Source: Sphyrna mokarran
Lineage: Eukaryota
Assembly (NCBI GenBank): GCA_024679065.1
Contig: JAGIQG010000012.1
Span: 47,988,001 to 48,052,000, forward strand
DNA length: 64,000 nucleotides
Direction of reading: 5' to 3'
Made by a program: the position numbers and the translations under genes. This document shows positions 1 through 11,349 of this stretch, piece after piece (positions within the stretch are counted from its first letter, which is position 1; each line of letters begins with the position of its first letter). Below the pieces are notes generated by a model. That model was not told the DNA's origin. It ran no database searches and saw nothing but the letters and a program-made list of their open reading frames with translations.

Positions 1-699
1 ACTCTTCAGATCATGTAATTCAATAATAGAATCCTTTCAATATAATAAATCTTTGTAAAGTATCAAGTAGAACATCTGCTGCGGTGCAGGGTTCCTCTGG
101 CAGCCAACTTGGTGACATTATTGTCTGATTTGCAGAGTTTCCTTTGCCAGTAACTGAGGCAAAATTCCTGCTGAGTGAACAGGACTCTTTCGGAAAAATA
201 TTACCTTTAATAGCATTGCATTAATTTATGAGCTAACCTTAGCACAGCAGCCAGATTCCCATTAGATTGTCGTTGAAAACTAAATTTGCTTTACATTTGT
301 TGCTGTGAGAACAATGCCTGGATGATGAATGTAATTAGGCAATAAGCACCGGCCCATAATCCCTGTGTCAGTCCTTGTGTGATACTTATATTTGTTTCAT
401 CAATCGCCCTTGACTTTGATAGAAAGACATGCAAACAGAAGAACAATCCCAGGGTCATTACAAAGGTGTACAATAAAGAAGACAAGTCTCAGAGAGTGAT
501 GAGAGAAAAAACTGATGCCGAGAACACAGAATGTATCAGCCAAAATCTGAAGAGCAAAAATATTTTGGACAAAACTCTTCTTGTTCAGAAAATCAATTTT
601 CTTTTTCCTTTTACCTGTTGATTGCCAAGTTGTCTGTTTCCAATTGGCTTTATTTTTATTTTGGGTTTCTAGTATTCACTGTCAAATCCTGATAAACAT

Positions 700-1112
700 T
701 GAGCATAGGAAATGTAGGAAATAGGAGCACGCATAGGCTTTTTGGCCCCCTGATCATTTTGCATTTCAACTAGATCATCACTGATTTTCTATCTCAATAC
801 CTGCATGATCCCCACTTCCTTTGATGTCTTTAATATCGAGAAGTCAGTTCATCCCTGTCTTGGACATACTCAATGACTAAGCATCCAAAGCCTCTGGGAT
901 AAAAAATTCTAAAAATTCGCCACTATCAGAATGGAGGAATAGGCCATTTAGGACTGATATGAGGCAGAACTTCTTTGTTCTGAGAGTGGGTTCTCTGGTT
1001 CTAGACTGCCTCTGCCCATCAGCCAGGGAAAACATCCTTCCTGCAGCTACTCTAATGAGCCCTGTAAGAATTTTGTAACTTCCTATGTGATCAGATTTCT
1101 TTCTAAACTCTG
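700..1112 (-). mobile_element. CR1-clade LINE 3' end (degenerate)
   Basis: Reverse complement of a shark CR1 3' tail (ATAGGA repeats, ...ggcccc) and C-terminal ORF2 remnants (SYKILTGLIRVAAGRMFSL..SRTR). Appears to continue at ~1825-2530 after a nested insertion. Confidence 0.75.
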
Positions 1113-1117
1113 AGGAA

Positions 1118-1820
1118 AGAATCATAGAATTTTACAGCACAGAAGGAGGGTATTCGGCCGTCATGTCTGCACTGGCTCCTGAAACAGGAGTCCAATTCCC
1201 CAATCCATCTTTGTAACCATCTAAGATCATCACATTCAAATATACATCAGCTCTCTTTTGATCCCTCCTATGGAATCCATCTCCATCACTGTTCCAGGCT
1301 GTGCTTTCCAAATCTCAAAAACTCTCTGAGCAATGAAATTTCTCCTCATCTCACTGCTACCCCTCTTTTGAAATTGTGACCTTGAGTCACTGACACATCA
1401 ACTCATGGAAAGAGGATATCTTTATTTGTCCTGTCAAACTTGTTCATCAATTTGATTACTTCAATAAGGTCATCTCTTAATGTTCTCTGCTCCAAATAGA
1501 ATAAGCCCAGTTTCACTAATTTTTCTAAAATTCTTCATTCCTGACATCGTCCTGGCAAATCTCATTTGCACCTTCTCTATGGCTTTAACATCCTTACTTA
1601 AATAATCTGTCTAGAATTGAACATAATATTCCAGATATAGTCTGACCAATGATTTGTAGAGGTGTAGCCTCACTCCTTTGCTTTTAGATTCTGTTCCTCT
1701 ATTTGTAAACCCAAGGATCCTATAAACTTTCTTAACAATTGTTTCAACTTGCCTGGCCACCTTCAGAGAATTATACACTTGAGCACCAAGGTTCCTCAGC
1801 TCTTGTACTCCCTTCAAAGC
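1118..1820 (-). mobile_element. CR1 LINE 3' fragment nested in older CR1
   Basis: Starts with the AGAATCATAGAA tail (reverse complement). ORF2 remnant LKGVQELRNLGAQV...LHLYKSLVRLYLEYYVQF in ORF 1611-1940. Confidence 0.8.
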
Positions 1821-1824
1821 TGTG

Positions 1825-2530
1825 CCATTGAGCATCTTTGCATCCTCCCTGCTTCTCACACTCCCACTTAGTTTTGTGTCATCAGCAAACTTAGAAATAT
1901 TACATCTGGCTCCTTTATCCAAATTATTGATACAGATCATGGATAACTGGGGCCCAAGTAGTCAATTTTGCAGTCCCTCTCAGCCTGCCAGCCTGAGAAT
2001 GACCAATTTATTCCTACTCACTATTTTCTGTCCATTAACCAATTCTCAATCAATGCTATTATGTCAATCTCATCTGCCTTAATTTTGTTCACTGACCTCT
2101 TGTGTGGGACCTTGTTGATAGTCTTCTGAAAATCCAAATACATTCATTAATTTCTCTTTTTCATTTTGCTAGTTGCATCCTCAAAAGTCTCCAAGTTTGT
2201 TAAAAAAAATTTCTTTTCTCTAAATTGATGTTGACTCTATCCAATCCTATTGTTATTTTCTAAGCATTTTGTTATCACATTCTTTAAGATAGATTCAAGC
2301 AATTTCCCTACGAATGATGTCAGGCTAACAAGTCAATAGTTCCGGTGCTCATCCCAAAACCACAAGTCCTGCCCGAGGTCAACGACCTTCCATTTACGAT
2401 TCCCATGGTGATCAATGGGAAAAATCCCCCCTCAGTCTTTTAAATATTGTGGGTACTTTTCCTAACTTTGAATCTTTTTGAACCATTCCAGATTATAGGG
2501 TTTTGAAAGATGACCACTAATCCATGCATC
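1825..2530 (-). mobile_element. CR1 LINE RT fragment
   Basis: INNLDKGARCNISKFADDTKL (RT YADD-region motif) and upstream RT remnants. Contains a small insertion at ~2340-2430. Confidence 0.75.
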
Positions 2531-3929
2531 ATCTCTCTTCATCAAGAAATGTTAGTTTTAAGATGACAGTTGTCAGACAGTTGTGGATTTCTGTGTACCT
2601 CAAATGCAGCAGAAAATGTTCCTACCTACTAATGTAGAAATTCAAACTGAATAAAACTGACAAATTATTTTAAAAGAAACATATTCTTTTGAGTTTATGA
2701 ATGTTAAAATGGGTCATTGAGAGTTATGTGATTTTAAGTTTGTAGTTAATTGCCTCATTTGAATTAGGAATTCTATGCAAGATGAAATATGATTTAGTTC
2801 ACCAGAATTAGTGAGTTTTGATTTAGGAGGGTTTGCCTGGGTTAAGTAATTATTTACCTGGAGTTGATTTCAGAGAAGTAATCCATTCTCATTTTTCCTG
2901 ACTGACCAGGACAGCTGCATTTATATAGTTGTAGGCACACTTATTTTTGTTTGATGGAGTCAGAAAAACATGTTCCATGAATTTCACCTCCGTGGGGGCA
3001 TCCACTGAAAATTTGCACTTCAGCAATAACACTGCTGCAGTGCAACTTACTTTGCTGCTTTTAAAAATTCAGTCATTCTGTCACTGCATTGCACATCAGG
3101 AATTAAGATCTCAGGAAAAACTCAATTTATTTGGAAAATGATGTACATGTAAAGAAGCCTCCTATCTTTGTTTTTATATTGCCGTTATAAATTCCTCTGT
3201 GGCAGTTTCTATTGTGAATTCACTATCTGATTGTATATATACACCCTCAGCCAGTGATGATATTACAGCTACTCTGACAATGTGAAGAGGGGTAAAATGA
3301 ATCTCTTATTCTTCCATTTCAAGTCTGATGGTTAGGTTTCTTGATGAATTTGGAGAGGATGTGCTTTGCTAATTGGTAAAAATCCCATTATTTTCAGACT
3401 GTAAAGAATTAGTCAGATGGGTTTTCTTAGGTTAAGTAAAGGACAAGGAGCTATTTCCCAAATTTACAACAAAAAAACTAGCTAAATCACAAGCACCATT
3501 CCTATGTTGCACACATTCAGCAGGGCCCACACACGCACACCAATATAAATGGCCAGCATGGCAGGATAGGCTTGAGGATTTCTTACAGTTTGTGAAAGAA
3601 AATAAAACAAAAGGGGTAAACAGTTCACTCTTTCTTGTCTTCCTTGGCTGGTCTTGGTGTGGCAATTCCATGTTGTGGTAATTTTGTTCAGTTGTCTTCC
3701 TGCTACAGTTGTATGGTGTGGAGATGCCAGCATTGGACTGAGGTAAACACAGGAAGAAATCTCACAAATAGGGCATATAAATTCACAAACTCAATTTACA
3801 AAATAATGGTTGAAATGTGAATCTTTACAGGTAATCAAGTCTTAAGAGTACTGACAGCATGAGTTGGGAGAGGGTTAACCACAGGTTAAAGAGATGTCTA
3901 TTGTCTCCAGCTAGAACAGTTAACTGTGA

Positions 3930-4018
3930 ACAGAACTCCCACTTACCTGATGAAGGAGCAGTGCTCCGAAAGCTAGTGGCTTGTGCTACCAATTAAACCT
4001 GTTGGACTTTAACCTGGT
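3930..4018 (+). repeat. Penelope-derived short repeat carrying a minimal hammerhead ribozyme
   Basis: CTGATGA-a-GGAGC-agt-GCTCC-GAAA core followed by aattaaacctgttggactttaacctgg. A degenerate second copy lies at ~46375-46465. Confidence 0.75.
3941..3986 (+). ncRNA. Type I minimal hammerhead ribozyme (predicted)
   Basis: CUGAUGA 3947-3953; stem II GGAGC/GCUCC (3955-59/3963-67); GAAA 3968-71; stem III GC/GC with UAGUG loop; CUU triplet 3980-82; short stem I UAC/GUG. Confidence 0.65.
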
Positions 4019-4020
4019 TA

Positions 4021-4413
4021 AACAAAAAAGAACAAAGAACAAAACAGCACGGGAACAGGCCCTTCGGCCCAACGAGCCCGCGCCGCCACCCCGATGTTCC
4101 CACCTCTACCCGTGATCCCTGTCTATGTTTATAGATCTATGGATTAAAACCAAATTTGAGACAATTTAGGGAGAATTTGTTTTGCCAATTAGCCTAAGAG
4201 CACATCTTTGGGATGTGGGAGGAAACCGGAGCACCCGGAGAAAACCCACGCAAGCACGGGGAGAATGTGCAAACTCCCACAGACACAGGCCCAAATCCAT
4301 GTATCTGCACAGCACAGCGATAGTCACTGAGCTGTCGTGTTGCCCATCAAATGGTGCAGGTCAAGCGTACACTAATGACGTGAAGCACTAGGATACTCTC
4401 GAAAAAAAATCCA
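4021..4413 (-). mobile_element. V-domain SINE with CR1-type tail and non-tRNA head, copy 1 (5'-truncated)
   Basis: Reverse complement of a (GTTCTTT)n tail, CR1-like 3' end, V-domain core (ttctccccgtgcttgcgtgggttttctccgggtgctccggtttcctcccac) and a unique head. Close inverted copy at ~55937-56425. Confidence 0.85.
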
Positions 4414-5275
4414 GTCATAATTTTTCAGTTTTCCTTAGACTCAGGAGTGATAACAAAGGACTGTAAAATCACAAATGGGACATAAAGTTGAAAAAGGGCA
4501 GAAAGGTAAGCCCAATAACTACAGGCAAGTGAATTTAATTTTGGTGCAAGGGAAACATATCGGAACAATAATTCAGAACAAAATTAAGAGTGGCACGCAC
4601 AAACACAAGTTAATTAAAAAAGGCCAGCATGAATTTCTTAAGGGAAAATTGCACTTAACAACCTTGGAGTTTTTATGAAGGGGTAAGAGAAGGGGTTGAT
4701 GAGGGCAATGCTGTTGATATAGCATACACATGGACTTCCAAAACATACTTCATGCAGTGCTGCACGACAGACTTGTGAGCAAAGTTAAAGCTCACAGAAT
4801 AAAAGGAAGTAGCAGCAACATGGTTACAAAATTGGCTGAGTGACAGGAAACGGGGAAGTAGTTAATAGATGCTTTTTGCTGGAGAAAGATTTGTAGTGTA
4901 GTTCTCCAGAGGTCAGTGTTGGGACCCTTCCTTTTCCTCATATCTATTCATAATCTAAATCTTGGTATACAGGGTACAATTTCAAAGTTTGCAGATGATA
5001 TGAAACTTGGATGCATTGTTAACTGTGAAGTGAATAATGGAGAACTTCAAAACGACATAGACAAGTTGATGAATTAATGGCACAAAATTCAATGAGAAGA
5101 AATACTAAGTGATTTATTCTGGTAAGAAGAACAGAGAGAGAGACAACGTAAAGTAGGTGCAGTTCTGAACAGGGTGCAACAGCGGAAGGACCTGCATGTG
5201 CGTAAATTATCATGCAGGACAGGTTCAGAAAACAGTGAATAAAGATACAGTATTGCACGTTTTATAATTAGAGGA
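4414..5275 (+). mobile_element. CR1 LINE RT fragment
   Basis: KPNNYRQVNL...QHEFLKGK..LT.LEF, GSVLGP-like and KFADD motifs, with frameshifts. Confidence 0.85.
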
Positions 5276-5284
5276 ATATTTTCT

Positions 5285-5700
5285 CCCAGTTGATTCTATC
5301 CAGACTCCTCATGATTTTGAATACTTCTATCAAATGTCCTCTAAGCCTCCTTACCTCTCAGCTTTGACAAAGAGTCATTTGGACTCAATGTTAGCTTTTT
5401 TCTCTCCTTACAGATGCTGCCAGACCTCCTAAGATTTTCCAGCATTTTCTCTTTTGGTTTCAGATGCCAGCAAGCACAGTAATTTGCTTTTAATCCTAAC
5501 TTCAAAATCTGTCTTCAGAACTGAAGTTCCTCATTACTGGAACTGTTCTGATGAATCTTTTCTGCACTCTCTCCAGTGCCCTGATATCCTTCCTAAAGTA
5601 CAGCACCTATTACTGGGCACAGTAGCCCAGTTCAGACTGAAACTAGTGTCTTACACAAGTTCAACACAATCCTTTTGCTCTTGTACTGTTTTCCTCTAAT
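5285..5700 (-). mobile_element. CR1 3' fragment interrupted by a Penelope-derived short repeat (~5360-5490)
   Basis: Reverse-complement CR1 C-terminal remnants. Internal cagatgctgccagacct...ttccagcattttct repeat also seen at ~14010, 23605, 38455 and 53260. Confidence 0.6.
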
Positions 5701-6985
5701 TATAATGGTTGTTGTGAGACTCCTTACTATAGTTTTATGGAACAGATGATCTCATTTTATTCCCAAAAGTCTTCATTTGCAGTAGATTTCTGTTCTCGGG
5801 ATGGTCACTTTGTAAATCCAGGCCCCATATTTCCAAAGGAGAGACAGAGATGGGGACACAGCTTCAGCAGCCTGTTTTAACCTGGATAGCACTTTTTTTT
5901 AATCTCTCTCCTGTTTGGTAAGCAGTCCCTCAAAGTACTCTTCCAGCTATACATTCCAGAGAAATTCTATTCATCTATTTCTGCTGCACTTATTGTTTCA
6001 GAACAGGTAATTGCATTTTAAAGTCAAATCTCAAAAATGTTTGAAAGGTTGCAGGATATTATGAAGGCAAAAGGAGATGGGGTATTTCACTATCCCCAAG
6101 GGACTTAGTGCATTTCTGTTTCATCCCACTTGGTGGAACGTGACTGTGTATTGCAATCGTCTGAGCAATTGTCTTTAGAGAGTTCCAGTTTTTCTTAAAT
6201 ACCCAGCCAGGGAAAGGAAATATGGAAATTGTAACTTTCTAAAAAAAACACATCCTCATAACACACTGCCACTGCAAGGAATATTTAATTTCAGTATGAT
6301 AAGATTACAAATGCAATTCTATTCTAAATGTAGACATTTGTTTCCAAATATGCCAGATCACCAAACACAGGAAAATTATTGGGTTCACATTATTATTGGA
6401 GAGAAAATTTATTAATGGCAGAAAATTGAATTACGAACTTTATTTATTGATACTTATTGTGCGAGGTGCATCTTGGGACAAACCCAGGAAGATCCCACAG
6501 AAAATATTATAATGGAAAAAGGGGATAAGAAATCCAATTAGCTATAATATTTGTGATATATAGGGAGTTAGGTAATAATCTCAGATTAAACAAATCTAAA
6601 CAATCAATGTTAATAAACTAATAATTTAATTATCATTTTGATATTATAATAATTTTGCTGCCAATTGCATATTTGTACACAATGACAACATCATTATCTT
6701 TCATTTAGAGATGAGGGACCGGATTTCCAAAGCAGGAATCAAACGTCAACAAAAAGTGCCAAGCCTGGTTGTCAATAAGACAATGAGACCAGGATATTTT
6801 CTTTGTGAGAAATTTTAAAAAATTTTTAATCAATTCCTGAAGTAACAAAGCCAATACACAGGTTGGATCAAGCATCTTAATCCATCTCTTTGCTTGTTCC
6901 AAAAAACAAATTCAAATTGAATCTAATTCTTACTCCCCACAACAGAGACAAGCAAGATCCAAGCTGACAAGAAAAGGCATTGTAT

Positions 6986-7034
6986 CTGATCTTGGACTGA
7001 TCTAAAACTTGATCTTAGCCAAAAGGCCACAGAA
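6986..7034 (-). pseudogene. U2 snRNA 5' fragment (3'-truncated pseudogene)
   Basis: 7007-7028 is an exact 22-nt reverse-complement match to vertebrate U2 (GGCCTTTTGGCTAAGATCAAGT), with degenerate similarity out to about U2 nt 55. Confidence 0.8.
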
Positions 7035-7260
7035 TTTGCTTCTTCACTCTAACACAATTTTCTGCCACTGCTGGCTGACCTGTCTTTATATAGACATTTG
7101 AGTATATACAACATCTGTTCACCTTATTATCCTAAACTCCCATGTATTCAACACCCATCAACAGAACCTATTAGATACTAATATCAGGAAACTGATTCCT
7201 TGATGATTTCCACATTTTGTTTCCACATCCCAACTGCATCACACATGCAGAACTATTTTT

Positions 7261-9240
7261 AAATGTAAATGTCCTAATTGGGTAAAAGGTGAACTCTGTG
7301 CCCGATGTCTGGTGCTGAGTGCCATAAGAAGGCAAGAACTACCTGCTTAGCCACAAGTGGCAAAGACAGGTTGCAGCCATGTTGGGGCCTGTGCTGCTTT
7401 GTCAAAGAGAACAGGCAGCTCATCAGAGGGCCTACTGGATAAAGGAATGAAATGGAGAGCAACTGGACAAAACTGAGGTACTGTGCATGCAGGATACCAA
7501 ATAATTTTATACAAAATCCTTTTCCATTGCTCTCTAGTGAACTGGACAGCAGTACTGTAACATGCACCAAACTGTTCAGCTTGCCAAAAATGCACTTAAC
7601 ATACTTTTAAAATTTCCAAAGGAGCTTAATGGGTTTCCTGTTCTCCCCGTACTCTTGCCAGCAAGTGGGTTTTCCATTCTCCCTCTACCCTTGCCAGCAT
7701 TGAGAAAAGAAGATTGTCCCAGAGGTGACCTCGAGACTGTGAATTTTATATTGAGCCCAGACCTTGGTCCTGACCCCAGATGGCACCCAATCATATCCAT
7801 CAAAAGATACTTGAGAGGAGGATTTCCTCCAATTATTGGAATTTGTAAAGTTATGATGGTCTGCATTCTTATGAATGCTGCTGCATGTGAAACGTTCTGT
7901 CCTTGTTCAGTTGATTCCTCCTTTTCAGGGGAAGAGATGCACGTACTGCCCCTGATAAAGCAAGCTTTTGTTACTTGCCACATGGAAGTATGAATAGACA
8001 ACTGAAAAATTTGGCATACGCTGTTGGAATGGCTTAGTGAAGACTTTATGATGTTCTGACCTTTCCATTAATGGAAGGAACCATGTATTTTGTACAATTA
8101 TGTCAGTGAGCCTTCAGTTGATAACAGAGCTGTAACATCCTTTGTGAAGCAAAGATACGGAAGACAGGCCTGCACTACGGGAAGAAAGATATTTTTAAAG
8201 CTTATTTATTAATGTCACAAGTAGGCCTCACATTAACACTGCAATGAAGTTACTGTGAAAATATCCTAGCGGCATCTGTTCAGGTTCACAAAGGGAGAAT
8301 TTTAGTATGGCCAGTGCATCTAACCCGCATATCTTTTGGGCTATGGGAGGAAACCAGAGCACCTGCAGGAAACCCACGCAGGCACAGGAAGAATGTGCAG
8401 ACTTTGCACAAATAGTTAACCAAACCGGGAATTGAACGCAGGTTCCCGGCACTGTGAGGCAGCAGTGCTTGCCATTGTGCCACCCTGCATGCCAGTAAAT
8501 GTTGATACTTGGTTAAGGACAAGATCAGAAATAATGCATAAAGTGTGGTTGCACTTGACTTTTTACTTCCCTCAAGAGCAGCTGTTCCTTCTACAAGCCT
8601 GAGTATCATTAACATCAACAAAGGAATTCCCATCCTGGTGACATTGGTTGCTGCAAGCATTGTAGCAGCTTGTAGCAAGATACTGGAAGAAAATGAGGGC
8701 AATAGAAGTTTCACAACGCATAAAATTAGGCCTGAACAATGAGAAAATGAATGCACTAATAAAAATGCAAATATAGCAAAATACTAAAAGCAAAATGATT
8801 AGCTATCCAACTTACAATTAAAAAGTGATAGCTTAAAGAAGCTTATACTCATGGGCAGATAATTGACCCACTGTATGTCTATTTTAAATGAGTGAATAAT
8901 GCTGTCAGCAAGAAGGTGACAAGATAAAATTAAATATGTTAGGAAAGTTTAATGAGCCTTGCACTGGTTATTAGCACATCCCCCAATAAAGTCAGTATTT
9001 TTCTGTGCTGTGAATAATGACACATTGCAAATTGGATGCATGAGTCCTCACACCTGATAGCAACCAGTATTGACTCTGAGCAAAGCTTGATAGCATTTCT
9101 GGACCCTTCCAAAAAAGGGCAGAAATACTTATCGGCCCATGTTGACAACGGTAATTCATATACTTGTGTGGACTGTGCTGGACACATTATAAACGTAGAG
9201 GGAATATTCCCTCTGGTAACCTTTTCTACGAAATAGCTTG
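7261..9240 (+). pseudogene. Decayed Zisupton/KDZ-superfamily (HMGXB3-like) DNA transposase
   Basis: Colinear motifs across frameshifts: SWIM-like GCSH (7369-80); DGLHSY (7855-72, cf. DGLHNF); AYA.LEWL...KEPCIL (~8013-8090); KIRN.CIKCG (~8520-8552); CKH..ACSKILEENEGNR (~8652-8706, cf. HMGXB3 CPHQVVCGSKYLVRGESAR); SIDSEQ (EQ 9078-83). Split by a SINE at 8191-8495. Confidence 0.65.
8191..8495 (-). mobile_element. tRNA/V-domain SINE (HE1-related, alternative tail) inserted in the transposase fossil
   Basis: Reverse complement shows a tRNA-like head (gtggcacaatggcaagcactgctgcctcacag...cgttcaattcc), the V core, and a cacagtaacttcattgcagtgttaatg...aataaa tail. Confidence 0.9.
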
Positions 9241-9340
9241 GCAAATGAATCTTCTTTTGCTTTGTTTTACGCTGTTAATAAGACATCACAATTAAAATAA
9301 GTCCCCCTCTCTCTCATCGTTAAAATATTTCTGTAAGTGT

Positions 9341-10650
9341 TCAGAACCTTTTCTCTTCAGATACCTCATTTACTTTGTTGCTGTGGTCAAATATATCAGT
9401 TAGTTTGTTAATTAATGTTTTTAAATGTGCATTGATGTGCATGAATATTTTCACATAACCTGGATCCATAAGGATGAGATTGTTGAATATATCCTGTGCT
9501 TCTTCAGTTTCTTTGATTTTCATACTGTTTTGCATTTTGTTTGTTGACAAAAACTGTGCTATCTTCAACGTTTTTCTGCTGAACAAACAGGAGGTTTACA
9601 TGTTAGACTGACAAACATAGTGTTGCAGGAATTCGATGACACAGTGGAGACTTTGCTGCTAAGCTGATCTTAGTTAAATGAGGCCCAAACCTAATACAGG
9701 ATGCATTTAGGGTCTACATTTTCAGATGTTGGCATTATTCCCCATGTTCAATTCATGCTGGCTGTACGAATAATTTTCAATACCAGTTACTATTGCTGAG
9801 GATTAAGAATTTAGCTTAGCTCCATACCATATTTAATTAATTTTTCACTTGAGCCATTCACAAGTAAATCTGAAATTAACTAATATGTTTCATTTAATAA
9901 TGAAATACTATTTCTCCTCTAAATTTGAGTTTCTTCAAGTTCTATTCATTATTTGTTTCATTAATGGAAATAAGTATTACACAAGTTCATATTAATGTAC
10001 ATTTGAAGTATCAATTCTAAATTTGCCATGTACTGCTAATCCATTCAATTCCCTTTCTGCAGTAGGACTTTTTCATCAACCTTCCTCTCTGTGGGTCATG
10101 TCATATTTGTATTGGCAGGAACATATTTCCCTGCTAAATATGATTTTTCACCTTGAAAAGTGTTACTAACATTGTCCTCACTGTATTGTACAAGAAATGG
10201 TATTAGAAAGATAAATTGAGAAATGCTTAACAAGCTAGATAATCAACTTTACAATGTTGTCCATGAGGCTCATAATATTTAATGCAGTGACCAGTGCAGT
10301 CATGTACAAGCAAACAACATTGCCAAATTTCCCTTCAGAATTAACTTTTTTTGAAACTTTTTTTATGTCTTGATTGGAAAAAAAAACTTAAGCGTTTAAT
10401 GTATTTCAATAAGTGATACCTGCATGAAAGAAGGATCGTTGATGTTCCAGCTGATTTGAATATCATTTTGCTAATTAGAAGTAGAGATCTACGTAGAGTT
10501 GGAAGCTTATGGAAGTTCATTTTGTTACTGACTTTCTCTGGAAATGATAGCAAAATCTGATATTCTTGTGCAGGTTGCAGAGCTGTGCCTTTTACAATCA
10601 GGTATTTTTGAATGTGTTGCAATCTGATTATAGCAAAATTATTGATGGAT
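9341..10650 (-). pseudogene. Decayed Sola3-like DDD transposase
   Basis: Minus-strand colinear motifs: KKLILKG (~10330-50); VHDCTGHC..Y..H..HC (~10255-10310); KYDMTHRE (~10085-10110) and SYCRKGIEW (~10040-70), cf. MKxLPxxxRExQxxWFGKRGIxW; SSAIVTGIENY...NNA (~9730-9802), cf. QDS..V..IIE...DNA; KSPLCHRIPAT (~9620-55), cf. GKxxCDRxxAT. Family name comes from recalled motifs. Confidence 0.5.
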
Positions 10651-11019
10651 TTTGTTGGTGAAATCTATAAATTACAGAACTGAATACGATCAGTTAGATC
10701 AAAGCAATCAGAATATTTTTCAAAGTAGATGTTCTGCAAGATTGACCACACAACGTTTTTAAATGTGAATTCCCAACCAAAGTAAAAGTTAATTAATGGA
10801 TGCTTGGTTTTAATGTCCCAATATATCAGGATCTAATTATACTGAATTATTTAATATGTAGCTGGCCGGCATTATTCTTTTAATATTTAGATTTTTAACC
10901 GTTTGTCTGGATGCCTTAATTGCATCTTGTGTGCTCTGCTTAAGCTTGTGTTGCTATGCAACTTGTAGACGACCATTTCATCTTATCAGCAGAGAGTATA
11001 AACAATCACGGGACCCATT

Positions 11020-11147
11020 GGAGCGGGATTCTCTTATCTGTTCGTCCCTGCCACCGGTGCCAGCAAAAGTGGAGAACTTGGCACTCAGCTAAAACTCCAT
11101 TCACTAAAGGAATTCCAGGCACGGGCGAGGTCAGAGAATCTTGGCCC
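11020..11147. mobile_element. Short MITE (GGGCGGGATT...AATCxxGCCC termini, Harbinger-type)
   Basis: Imperfect terminal inverted repeats and internal ccattcact motif shared with copies at ~17205-17540, 21590-21730, 38508-38703, 46480-46700, 51777-51893 and 61942-62053. Confidence 0.55.
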
Positions 11148-11295
11148 ACATTTAAGTTTCAGCAGACTAAACCAAAGCACCCCTTAATTCCAAACCACTG
11201 CCTGAGATTGGATGGACTGTCTTTTTTCAAATGCTAGTTTCTGCAAATTGACAGTTTATGAAATTTAGCAACTTTTAGGGGCAATTAGGACTCTT

Positions 11296-11349
11296 TTCTG
11301 GAACATGGCCTACGCTCTCACTTCTGGAACATGGCCTACGCTCTCACTT
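11296..11349. repeat. 26-bp perfect tandem duplication
   Basis: ttctggaacatggcctacgctctcac x2. Confidence 0.95.

Noticed and set aside
7562-8001. 143-aa and 141-aa overlapping ORFs as intact genes or viral proteins
   Set aside because: They are pieces or antisense shadows of the frameshifted transposase fossil, with no coherent viral motif.
8545-8600. ALDFLL resembling a retroviral/filoviral envelope immunosuppressive motif
   Set aside because: No preceding QNR and no following CX6CC. The other frames here fit the KDZ transposase better.
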